Part shown: positions 25,820 to 33,783 of the stretch, one piece after another | Layout: each line of letters begins with the position of its first letter | Position numbering within the stretch: position 1 is the first letter of the stretch | Origin: a virus | Strand: one strand, 5' to 3' | Virus record (IMG/VR): IMGVR_UViG_3300045988_094113 | Span: 1 to 51,701 of that record | Length of the DNA: 51,701 bases | The notes under the pieces: generated by a model | Told to the model about the DNA's origin: nothing | Seen by the model: only the letters and a program-made list of their open reading frames with translations | Database searches by the model: none | Translations under genes and position numbers: made by a program

Positions 25820-25851
25820 TTGACAACAGGTAAAACATATGATATTATAAT
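25820..25851 (+). promoter_or_regulatory. Sigma-A-type promoter
   Basis: TTGACA-17-TATTAT (or 20-nt spacer to TATAAT). Confidence 0.55.
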
Positions 25852-25892
25852 TATAGAGTTAAGGAAAAGCAAAAGTTTTGGAGGTAAAAGTT

Positions 25893-26090
25893 ATGAAGGA
25901 ATTAACAATGGAAACAATTAAAACAATGAATTGTGAAATTATTACAGAAGAACAGTATGAAGCACTTGAGGAAAGTGAATTTGTTGAAGAAATTGAAGAC
26001 TGCGGAATGTCTGGTTATTACCCATCAACGCATTGGTATTGTGTACATTTAGTAGATGGAGATAATATTGATATATATTGCAAATGGTAG
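25893..26090 (+). CDS. Hypothetical acidic early protein
   Basis: 65 aa; leader gcaaaagttttggaggtaaaagtt. Confidence 0.55.
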   Translation: MKELTMETIKTMNCEIITEEQYEALEESEFVEEIEDCGMSGYYPSTHWYCVHLVDGDNIDIYCKW

Positions 26091-26095
26091 GTGTA

Positions 26096-26326
26096 ATGAT
26101 GATTAACTGGGATGTGTTTATTGATAAATATGAAGCAGAACATAAACAGATAAATGAAGATTCAGAATCATTTGATAAGTTTATCGAAAAAGGATGCGAC
26201 CAATTTTTGTGTAAATTTGTTGGGTCAAAGTATTGTATTGTAAGTAGTTGTAAAAGATGCAAGCTTAGTAATTGTAGAGGATGTAAACATCTAAAAGAGT
26301 GCATAGAAGAATTGATGGAGAATTAA
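26096..26326 (+). CDS. Hypothetical Cys-rich protein
   Basis: 76 aa; CKRCKLSNCRGCKHLKEC. Confidence 0.45.
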   Translation: MMINWDVFIDKYEAEHKQINEDSESFDKFIEKGCDQFLCKFVGSKYCIVSSCKRCKLSNCRGCKHLKECIEELMEN

Positions 26327-26329
26327 GAA

Positions 26330-26374
26330 ATGAAAGCGGATTTAGAAAATGGAACAAAAGTTTTTTGGAGGTAA
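26330..26374 (+). pseudogene. Remnant copy of the 5' end of gene 27236..27862
   Basis: 31 of the first 34 nt are identical to 27236-27269; 14 codons then TAA. Confidence 0.6.
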
Positions 26375-26378
26375 GCAA

Positions 26379-26933
26379 ATGAAATTAACAGCAGAAATTA
26401 TTAAACAGTATCATTTAGATATTTTAAAGTGTGCAACATTAGAAGAAAAACAAAATATGTTTTTAAGTCAAGTGAGAAACAACAAAGATTTTGCAGTATT
26501 ACAGCATAGAAAAATGTGGATATGGATAGCACAGCAATACGCAAAAGGAAGAAAAACATATGTACCAGATTTAAAAAGAGAATATATAAAAGAGTATTGT
26601 TTTAATGCGGTTGTTCTAAATTATTGTTTTTGTTGTGAGTATTCAGCAGATGAAGAATGTTGGTCATCATGTTTAAAATGTCCAATATTATGGACAGATG
26701 GTTATTGTAGTACGAAAAATAGTTCGGAGTATACACAGATGATTGATAAATCGTGTATTTTATGTGATAGTCCAATTCCAGAAGATATTGAAGGGTTTAT
26801 AAAATCGCCATATTTCAAAACAAAAAGACAATATAAATTGGCAAAAGAAGCAATGAAACAAAAGAGAAAATGTGTAAAGCTAGCATACAAAATCTCACAA
26901 TTACCAGAAAGGAAAGAAGTATATGAAGATTAA
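26379..26933 (+). CDS. Hypothetical Cys-rich protein
   Basis: 184 aa; GGAGG RBS. Confidence 0.55.
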   Translation: MKLTAEIIKQYHLDILKCATLEEKQNMFLSQVRNNKDFAVLQHRKMWIWIAQQYAKGRKTYVPDLKREYIKEYCFNAVVLNYCFCCEYSADEECWSSCLKCPILWTDGYCSTKNSSEYTQMIDKSCILCDSPIPEDIEGFIKSPYFKTKRQYKLAKEAMKQKRKCVKLAYKISQLPERKEVYED

Positions 26934-27234
26934 ATTTCCTACTTATTGGACAATGCGTGAAAGAATAGAGTTTTTACAAAGAACAGTTCTAATACATAGT
27001 TATTTGTATTATGAACAAAACAAAAACCTTATATCAGATAGCAGTTATGATGAACTTGCAAAGCAGTTAGTAGAATTACAGAAGGGAGTTAGTTTATACA
27101 TTTTACAAGAAATAAACTATTATTATGTTTTCTATGATTTTGACGGAACAACGGGTTTTGATTTATGGCACAGATTAAAACAGGATGATAAAGACTATAT
27201 ACAAATGATAGCATTGAGTTTAGGAAAGGAATAA
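26923..27234 (+). CDS. Stand-alone protein resembling NAD-dependent DNA ligase domain Ia
   Basis: IEFLQRTVLIHSYLYYEQNKNLISDSSYDELAKQLVELQ matches the LigA N-terminal pattern HxYxY-x9-D-x2-YD-x-L. Confidence 0.45.
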   Translation: MKIKFPTYWTMRERIEFLQRTVLIHSYLYYEQNKNLISDSSYDELAKQLVELQKGVSLYILQEINYYYVFYDFDGTTGFDLWHRLKQDDKDYIQMIALSLGKE

Positions 27235-27235
27235 A

Positions 27236-27862
27236 ATGAAAGCAGATTTTGAAAAAGGAACAAAAGTTTGCAGTAAATGCAGAAGGGAATTACCAATAGA
27301 AATGTTCTTTGAAGATAAAAATAACCCAGATGGATTGTATTATTATTGTAATAAATGTCATAATTTATTGACAAAAGAATATCGAGATAAAAATAAAATA
27401 AAGGTAAAAAAATATTATGACAAAAAACAAAACACATTTGGAAGAAGTGGTTGTTTGCGTGGTAACCATGGTATGTTGAAGAGGGATTATGAGTTGACAA
27501 AAGAACAATTAGCAAGAAGAGAATATCAGAGATGCAACAAACGTAAAATAATAATAAACGCGCAAGGTATTCTTATTTGGTATAGTAATTTATTAAATGA
27601 TATAGATCAAAAAGAGTACAAGAGGATAATGGACAAAGAATATATGCGACAAAAGTATTGTGCGATTAGAGGATATATTGCAAGAGTACAGCCATCAGAA
27701 CACTTTTTATTTGATTTTGATTTAGAGGAAATGTTAAAAAATAATGTGTATTACTCTACAAATGGAGAAAAAAGATACATAACAAAATGGTGGAAAGGTG
27801 AAATAAGACACTGGACAGTGAATGATGGTATTTGGAAGGAGATAAAACAAAATGAAGATTGA
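27236..27862 (+). CDS. Hypothetical protein with N-terminal zinc ribbon
   Basis: 208 aa; CSKC...x20...CNKC. Confidence 0.5.
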   Translation: MKADFEKGTKVCSKCRRELPIEMFFEDKNNPDGLYYYCNKCHNLLTKEYRDKNKIKVKKYYDKKQNTFGRSGCLRGNHGMLKRDYELTKEQLARREYQRCNKRKIIINAQGILIWYSNLLNDIDQKEYKRIMDKEYMRQKYCAIRGYIARVQPSEHFLFDFDLEEMLKNNVYYSTNGEKRYITKWWKGEIRHWTVNDGIWKEIKQNED

Positions 27863-28433
27863 AAAAGAATATAATTTACATGAGCTTGCAAACAAAGTAA
27901 AGGAAAGCATTAAATTGGGCTATAGGCTTACAGCAAAGACTGCTAACCTTAATCTCATAACAGCACAGCAAATTGTAGATGTTTTGGAAACAGTAGCAAG
28001 CTGGGAAAAGGATAAAGCAAATGAAATGGAGTTACATAACAAAAAAGATGCAAATGGTAACACATTAAGAAGTATGGATTATATTTTAAAAAGAATGTTA
28101 AAACCCGTTTGTTTTGGTTGTCATGTTGATGGGGTCAGAAAATGCAACTTATGCATATATGAGAAAGAATGCATGATTGAAACAGAAATAAGAGATTGTT
28201 TCGGAGCATATGACGGTGATATAGAATGTGAATGTTGTGATAGTAAAGAAGAGTGTGAAAATGCTCGTGATGCCGCAGTATTAAATGAAACGCAAACAAA
28301 TAATACAGTACCAGATTGCTATGGTTGCTATTATGATAAAGGCTTATATTGCCCTGATTGTAAAAGCAGAGAGTCTTGTGTAGAAGAAACAATAAATAGA
28401 AAAAACATAGAAGAGGACGATGATTTTATTTAA
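27852..28433 (+). CDS. Hypothetical protein with three tandem Cys motifs
   Basis: C-[FY]-G-[CA]-x6/7-C-x2-C-x5-C, three copies. Confidence 0.55.
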   Translation: MKIEKEYNLHELANKVKESIKLGYRLTAKTANLNLITAQQIVDVLETVASWEKDKANEMELHNKKDANGNTLRSMDYILKRMLKPVCFGCHVDGVRKCNLCIYEKECMIETEIRDCFGAYDGDIECECCDSKEECENARDAAVLNETQTNNTVPDCYGCYYDKGLYCPDCKSRESCVEETINRKNIEEDDDFI

Positions 28434-28981
28434 TGGCAAAAAGGACAACTAAATGGTACAGGAAGAATGAAGCAGAAGTAATGCACAGGTTAGGTTTTGA
28501 GCCGACAAGAAACAGCGGAGCAACATGGATTGATAAAGGTGATGGACAAAGCGACCATTGTTTGTGTGAGTTAAAAAGCACAGACCATGAAAGTTTTAGT
28601 ATAAAACAAAGTGTGTTGCATCAATTAGAAGCACAAGCCATAGAAGCTCATAAATTACCCGTATTTGCTTTCCAATTCATTAACACAGATGAAGTATGGG
28701 TTGCGATAAAAGAAAGTGATATATCGGAATTTAAAGCACTTATGAAAGGTGTATTGCCGAATATGCCATTATCACCATTATTAGAAAAACATGAAGAAAA
28801 TGTTGACAGAATAGAAGAAAAGAAGTATAATAGTATTTGTAAGCAGGGTAACACAAAAGAAAATTTAAAAGCAAGAATGGCTTACATGAAACAGAAAGAA
28901 TTGGAGAGAGCAGAAAGAGAACAGGAGTTCAAAAAGAAAAACAAAGAAAGGAGGAAGGAAAGCAGATGGAGAGAAAGCTAA
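28433..28981 (+). CDS. Putative PD-(D/E)XK nuclease / resolvase-like protein
   Basis: NSGATWIDKGDG...CELKST pattern; basic coiled-coil tail. Confidence 0.4.
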   Translation: MAKRTTKWYRKNEAEVMHRLGFEPTRNSGATWIDKGDGQSDHCLCELKSTDHESFSIKQSVLHQLEAQAIEAHKLPVFAFQFINTDEVWVAIKESDISEFKALMKGVLPNMPLSPLLEKHEENVDRIEEKKYNSICKQGNTKENLKARMAYMKQKELERAEREQEFKKKNKERRKESRWRES

Positions 28982-29361
28982 AACAGCAAGGTATTGCTTC
29001 ATTTGAAGGGTTGAGTATTGGAAAGAATAAAACAATTCAAGTAAAGTTCAAATTGCGATATGACGAGATTTTGACAAGTGTTGAGTTGTTGCAAGGTTTG
29101 AACAATGATATTACACTTCATGCAAAAGTGCCAGATAAAAAGCCGATGAATCTCGGTATTTTTACTATCGGAGCAATTAACTTTGATAAGGATGGAAATG
29201 CAACAATCCCTTTTAAATCATTAACAGATAATGTAAATGTAGAAAGTATTTGCAGTTTAGTTGATGAAGAATTGATACAGTTAAGATTCCAAGCCATTAT
29301 TGAACTTCCCGACACAAGTGTAGAAGAAAGTGAAGGGGGTGCAGAAGAATGGGACGATTAA
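28966..29361 (+). CDS. Hypothetical protein with acidic-aromatic C-terminus
   Basis: 131 aa; ends EESEGGAEEWDD. Confidence 0.5.
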   Translation: MERKLKQQGIASFEGLSIGKNKTIQVKFKLRYDEILTSVELLQGLNNDITLHAKVPDKKPMNLGIFTIGAINFDKDGNATIPFKSLTDNVNVESICSLVDEELIQLRFQAIIELPDTSVEESEGGAEEWDD

Positions 29362-29609
29362 ACTATAATGAGCTTTCTAAAAGGCGTTTTAAAGAACAGA
29401 GAAATATCGTTATTTCAGAAGCAAGAAATGTTAAAACAAATGATTTAGAAGGTTATGCAGTTACAGAACAGCTTGTAACAGAAGAAAACGGAAAAGAAGT
29501 AAGAATTTTCCTAAAAGGTGGACTCGGCTTAGTCGACAAAGAAGGACTCATAAAATTAAGAGATTGTTTGAATGAAGCAATTGAAAAAACAAATCCAAGT
29601 TCTTGTTAA
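29349..29609 (+). CDS. Hypothetical protein
   Basis: 86 aa. Confidence 0.5.
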   Translation: MGRLNYNELSKRRFKEQRNIVISEARNVKTNDLEGYAVTEQLVTEENGKEVRIFLKGGLGLVDKEGLIKLRDCLNEAIEKTNPSSC

Positions 29610-29616
29610 AAAGGTA

Positions 29617-29645
29617 TTGACACAAACAAATAAATGTGTTAATAT
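29617..29645 (+). promoter_or_regulatory. Sigma-A-type promoter with TGTG -16 element
   Basis: TTGACA-17-TAATAT. Confidence 0.65.
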
Positions 29646-29699
29646 AAAGACAACATAACAAAGAGAAACAATAATAGAGAAGAAAAGGAGAATAATGTT

Positions 29700-30449
29700 A
29701 TGGCAAAAAATTGGAGCGCATATGAAGCGGCAAAAGAAATTTATGGAAACAACAAGGAAAACATTGCAGAGATTGGAAGTAGATTTCCGCTTTTTGCAAG
29801 AACAGTAGCACTTGCAGACAGTGAATATCTGTTAGACATTTTAAAAGCACTTCCTGCTAAAGTAACAGCAAGAGTTGTAGAAACAGGACTTAAAGAGATG
29901 GAGACAGAAGAACCATTCATGGAAATTCCACAGGAAGAAGAAGCACCAAAGAAAGGTAAAGCAAAGAAACAGGATGCAGAAGAACAGGAAGATGAATGGT
30001 CAGATGATGCAGAGGAAGAAAGCACCTATGAGTCTATGACAGCAAAAGACCTCTATGCATTATGTTGTAAACGTGGTATTTCATCACTTTGCAAGAGCCG
30101 CAAGAAAGATGAACTTATCAAGCTGTTAGAAAAACTTGATAACGGTGAGATTGAGCCGTCTAAGGGAAAAGGTAAAGCAAAGGAAGAAAAGAAAACAACA
30201 TCAAAGAAGGATGCTAAAAAAGAAGAACCAGTTGAGGAAGATGACGATGACTGGGGAGAAGATGACGAAGAAGAAACAAACCCGTATGTAGGAAAAACCG
30301 CAATGGAGCTTTTCAAAATGTGTAAAGAAAGAGGTCTGAAAGTAAAACCAAAACAGAAGCCAGATGTATATGCAGATATGTTGAAAGCTGATGATGCAAA
30401 AGGTGAGGAAGATACAGAAGAAGAGGACGATGACGACTGGGAAATCTAA
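29700..30449 (+). CDS. Very acidic protein with two SAP/HeH-like motifs
   Basis: 249 aa; MTAKDLYALCCKRGI...ELIKLL and KTAMELFKMCKERGL...; ends EEEDDDDWEI. Confidence 0.55.
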   Translation: MAKNWSAYEAAKEIYGNNKENIAEIGSRFPLFARTVALADSEYLLDILKALPAKVTARVVETGLKEMETEEPFMEIPQEEEAPKKGKAKKQDAEEQEDEWSDDAEEESTYESMTAKDLYALCCKRGISSLCKSRKKDELIKLLEKLDNGEIEPSKGKGKAKEEKKTTSKKDAKKEEPVEEDDDDWGEDDEEETNPYVGKTAMELFKMCKERGLKVKPKQKPDVYADMLKADDAKGEEDTEEEDDDDWEI

Positions 30450-30612
30450 TCGTTAAAATGTAACACGTAAACAAATACTCTGATAATGTATTAAAAAAAA
30501 ACTACAATAAAATATATCTGAACGTTTTTAAAATTTCAAAATTGAGCTAAATAATCATACAATGCAAAAGTTATTGAAAAAATGAATACTCTAATTGAAT
30601 AGTAAATCATAA

Positions 30613-30658
30613 AAGGCAGGATGGTAGGAACAAAACTATTTATCCTGCCTTTTATTTT
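30613..30658 (+). terminator. Intrinsic terminator (A-tract 5', T-tract 3', so potentially bidirectional)
   Basis: aaggcaggat-19 nt-atcctgcctt then ttatttt. Confidence 0.7.
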
Positions 30659-30672
30659 AGGAGAAATAAAAA

Positions 30673-31032
30673 ATGAACGCAAAACAAATATTAGACATTG
30701 ATTGCAGAATCGAAGAAAACAAAAACATATTAAACAAATTCTTGTGGAAAGTAAAACCAGTACAGAAATTAAAAATACCAAAAGGAAGTATGCTAAAAAT
30801 TGATGATTTAGAATACATCATACATGGTATATGCAAAAGATATGGATACAGTCAGCAAGGTATAAAAGAATATTGGGAAAATGGTGAATTTATTTATTAT
30901 AATTGTCCTGTATTAAATTCTAAACGGGAATGGGTTGGTTATGTATATGGGAAAACATTGTGGGAGTTAGAAGCAAAATTGCTTATCAAGATTTATGCAG
31001 AGATAATGAAGGAGAAAAAAGAAAATGAATGA
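30673..31032 (+). CDS. Hypothetical protein
   Basis: 119 aa; AGGAG RBS. Confidence 0.55.
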   Translation: MNAKQILDIDCRIEENKNILNKFLWKVKPVQKLKIPKGSMLKIDDLEYIIHGICKRYGYSQQGIKEYWENGEFIYYNCPVLNSKREWVGYVYGKTLWELEAKLLIKIYAEIMKEKKENE

Positions 31033-31498
31033 TATATACTTTTACACCGATGGAGCGTGTTCTAATAATGGAAGTAAAGATGCAAAAGGCGGTTGGGCGT
31101 ATGTAGCCGTAAAGGTGGCTAATGAGTCTGTAGATGTAAGAATTAAAAAGGGTGCTAAAGAAAATACAACCAACAATGAAATGGAGCTTACAGCGGTATA
31201 TATGGCGTTAGTAAAAGCCTTAAAAGAGGGATATAAAAGGGTGACAATATTCAGTGATAGTGCGTATGTTGTGAACGCTATAACAAAAGGATGGCTTCTA
31301 AACTGGTATAACAATGATTGGAGAACAGCAGAAGATAAGCCAGTAAAGAATAAAAATATATGGGAGAAAATGTTTAAACTTGTATATACAAAAAAGCTTA
31401 CAATTAAAATGGTAAAGGTCGCAGGGCATAAAGGAGATCCGTTAAATGAATTAGCCGATAAATGTGCAGTAAAGGCTCGTGAAGAGTTGGAGGGTTAA
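31025..31498 (+). CDS. Ribonuclease HI
   Basis: YTDGAC, NNEMELTAV, FSDSAYV, GHKGDPLNELADKCA (DEDD plus H). Confidence 0.85.
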   Translation: MNDIYFYTDGACSNNGSKDAKGGWAYVAVKVANESVDVRIKKGAKENTTNNEMELTAVYMALVKALKEGYKRVTIFSDSAYVVNAITKGWLLNWYNNDWRTAEDKPVKNKNIWEKMFKLVYTKKLTIKMVKVAGHKGDPLNELADKCAVKAREELEG

Positions 31499-31504
31499 AC
31501 AAAA

Positions 31505-31870
31505 ATGTATATAAGTGAGAAGATAATAGAGAGAGAATTTTCTGGAAAGAATATGAAAGAAGCATATTTAAAATGTTGTAAATGGGTTAGCACAAACATT
31601 ATAGCAGTAAACAACAGTGAAAACATTACATACTCAATTCAGAAAAAGAAAACACAAGACACATATGTAGTAGTATTAAAAGTATATGTTTTTGCAGATG
31701 AACAAGAAACAAAAGAAAAGCATTGTGACATATGCAAAGAAGTAAGACACAATTTATTCATGGAAGAAAACAAACATATGTGTGAGGGATGTAAATTAAA
31801 TCCATATAGAAAGAGATTAGGAGAAAAATTAAAATCGTTAAAAGAAGGATTGAAAGGAACAATATTATGA
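31505..31870 (+). CDS. Hypothetical protein with C-terminal zinc ribbon
   Basis: 121 aa; CDIC...CEGC. Confidence 0.5.
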   Translation: MYISEKIIEREFSGKNMKEAYLKCCKWVSTNIIAVNNSENITYSIQKKKTQDTYVVVLKVYVFADEQETKEKHCDICKEVRHNLFMEENKHMCEGCKLNPYRKRLGEKLKSLKEGLKGTIL

Positions 31871-32280
31871 AAAAAATGCAAAAGGTAAAAAAAAGTGTTT
31901 TAAAAACTATGTTAGAAACATTTATAGAATTGTTGATTGCGTTTAAATATGCAGTCATTGAAGAGTTAGGAAAGATTGCTATAGTGGTACAAATAATAAT
32001 TCCAATAATCTGTTTTTATGCAGGAATGGATATGAAAACATTTGTTTTTGTAATAGTGCTACTAACAGTTATAGTGAAATATATTAAAGAGGTGGGATAC
32101 AAATTAAATAGTGTAAGCGAAAGAGGATTTCCACTTCCGGGGCATAGGTTTACAAAAATGGATAATAATGGATTCATAATGGTTAAGGATGAAGATATGC
32201 AAGAAGCAATACTATATTTATGTGATGTTGAAAATTATCTAAGAAATAAAGGGTTGATAAAAGATGATGATACCGTGTAA
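31867..32280 (+). CDS. Membrane protein (two TM helices)
   Basis: 137 aa; IAIVVQIIIPIICFYAG and FVFVIVLLTVIV. Confidence 0.5.
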   Translation: MKKMQKVKKSVLKTMLETFIELLIAFKYAVIEELGKIAIVVQIIIPIICFYAGMDMKTFVFVIVLLTVIVKYIKEVGYKLNSVSERGFPLPGHRFTKMDNNGFIMVKDEDMQEAILYLCDVENYLRNKGLIKDDDTV

Positions 32281-32464
32281 GGGTTGCATTGATAGAAGTG
32301 CAGAGTGCCACATAAACTGCAAGAAATATAAGGACTATCAAAAGGTTGTTAAAAGGGTAAGAAAAGAGCGCATAAAACAAAAGCAAAAAGAAAGTTGTAG
32401 TTTTGGAAGTGCATACTATACGATGGTAAAAGAAAACTTGAAAAAAATAAATAAAAAGCATTGA
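32264..32464 (+). CDS. Small Cys-rich basic protein
   Basis: 66 aa; CKGCIDRSAECHINC; its TGA stop lies inside the next -35 box. Confidence 0.5.
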   Translation: MMIPCKGCIDRSAECHINCKKYKDYQKVVKRVRKERIKQKQKESCSFGSAYYTMVKENLKKINKKH

Positions 32465-32492
32465 CAAGCAGTAACTCTTATGGTAATATAAT
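32461..32492 (+). promoter_or_regulatory. Sigma-A-type promoter, extended -10
   Basis: TTGACA-17-(TGG)TAATAT. Confidence 0.65.
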
Positions 32493-32496
32493 CATA

Positions 32497-32683
32497 GGAG
32501 TTATAAAGAGGATAGTTATAAATAAGTGACAGCCGGAGAATGTCAGCCAGTGAAAGGAATAAACCTTATTGTTTGCCCCCTTCGTAATTGGTAAGAAACT
32601 TTTAAAAAAAATATATTAAGAGTTCAATCACTCTAAGACAATAAGGTTTAATATATAGCAGGGGTTCGCCCCTGCTTGTTTTA
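32497..32683 (+). ncRNA. Predicted structured leader / short terminated transcript, about 185 nt
   Basis: No ORF; 9-nt direct repeat agttataaa twice; 12-bp long-range helix 32561-32572 with 32638-32649; ends at a strong terminator. Confidence 0.4.
32657..32683 (+). terminator. Strong intrinsic terminator 35 nt upstream of the next start codon
   Basis: agcagggg-ttcg-cccctgct then tgtttt. Confidence 0.8.
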
Positions 32684-32718
32684 GTATTACAAATAAAAAG
32701 AATAGGAGAGAGCAAAGC

Positions 32719-33228
32719 ATGGGATTAAAAAAAGGACAAGTGCCAAAGCCATATGAAGACGGTATGCTTATAAATATGCGTGACAGAACACCGGAAGAAC
32801 GTCATGAGATAGCAATGAAAGGTGTAGAAGCAAGAAGAAAAAAGAAAGAACGAAATATGGCTTTGCAGAACTGTATGCGGCAGTTATTGGAAATGAAAAC
32901 AAACAGTGATAAGAAAAAACAGATTTTAAAGAATTTTGGTTTTACAGATGAAGAATTAACAAACCAGAGCTTACTTATGGTTGCATTATTCCAAAAAGGT
33001 TTAACAGGTGACGTTGGTGCTATAAAAGAGATAACGCAGATGATGGATAAACTTGATATGTTCAAGAAAACAGGAAAGATACAAAACAATGTAACTATAA
33101 ACCTTGTAACACAAGGGGAAAGTTATACACCTACAGCGCAAGATGAAGAGGAAATATGGAAAGCAGAAAATGCAGAAGAATGGATGGAAGAAGAGGATGA
33201 AGAATGGGGCAATGAAATCTATGAGTAA
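32719..33228 (+). CDS. Putative terminase small subunit
   Basis: 169 aa; basic N-terminal half, GLTGDVGAIKEI motif, acidic tail; weak motif-level call. Confidence 0.35.
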   Translation: MGLKKGQVPKPYEDGMLINMRDRTPEERHEIAMKGVEARRKKKERNMALQNCMRQLLEMKTNSDKKKQILKNFGFTDEELTNQSLLMVALFQKGLTGDVGAIKEITQMMDKLDMFKKTGKIQNNVTINLVTQGESYTPTAQDEEEIWKAENAEEWMEEEDEEWGNEIYE

Positions 33229-33409
33229 TATCTTAGATGTGTTTTCTAAGGAAAATAAGCGATTAAATTCAATAAGCAGGATAAATCCTAGTATAAATAA
33301 TAAAAATGGCTTAAATCGCAAATTAGGGGCATTAGAAAGCAAGTCAGAATTGCAGTGGATAAGCGAACATGTAAAAGAACCTAAAATTTTATATAATATT
33401 TTAAAATAA
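33212..33409 (+). CDS. Hypothetical protein
   Basis: about 65 aa; the track ORF start at 33143 overlaps the upstream gene. Confidence 0.35.
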   Translation: MKSMSNILDVFSKENKRLNSISRINPSINNKNGLNRKLGALESKSELQWISEHVKEPKILYNILK

Positions 33410-33412
33410 TAC

Positions 33413-33441
33413 TTGACATATATTTTGTTATATTATATAAT
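33413..33441 (+). promoter_or_regulatory. Sigma-A-type promoter
   Basis: TTGACA-17-TATAAT. Confidence 0.65.
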
Positions 33442-33462
33442 ATATATTATAAAGGAGATAAA

Positions 33463-33783
33463 ATGGACAGGAAATTAAATAGAATATCTCTAACAATGAT
33501 TCTTGTAGGAATATTGTTTATATTAAGTGGACAATTTTCCATGAATATGGACAGAACAATATATAAAGCAAAGCAAAATGCAGTAAATGATTATAAGCAA
33601 AGTATAAAAGAAAAAGAGTTTACAATACAAATACAAAACAATAGAAAAGCAAATGTAAAAGTATTAGGTTATAAACCAAACAGTAATACAAAAGAAACAA
33701 TATTAGAAGCATATGGAATTGTAAAGTTAAAACAAAACAATAATGGTTTAGAAATAATAGTGGATACAGAGAGTGGTGAATAA
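33463..33783 (+). CDS. Signal-anchored / secreted small protein
   Basis: 106 aa; N-terminal ISLTMILVGILFILSG. Confidence 0.5.
   Translation: MDRKLNRISLTMILVGILFILSGQFSMNMDRTIYKAKQNAVNDYKQSIKEKEFTIQIQNNRKANVKVLGYKPNSNTKETILEAYGIVKLKQNNNGLEIIVDTESGE

Noticed and set aside
32575-32676. A specific terminator/antiterminator alternative pairing in the late leader (gcccccttcg versus the terminator arms)
   Set aside because: Only 4-5 contiguous base pairs can form with the terminator 5' arm. That is too weak to call without covariation data.
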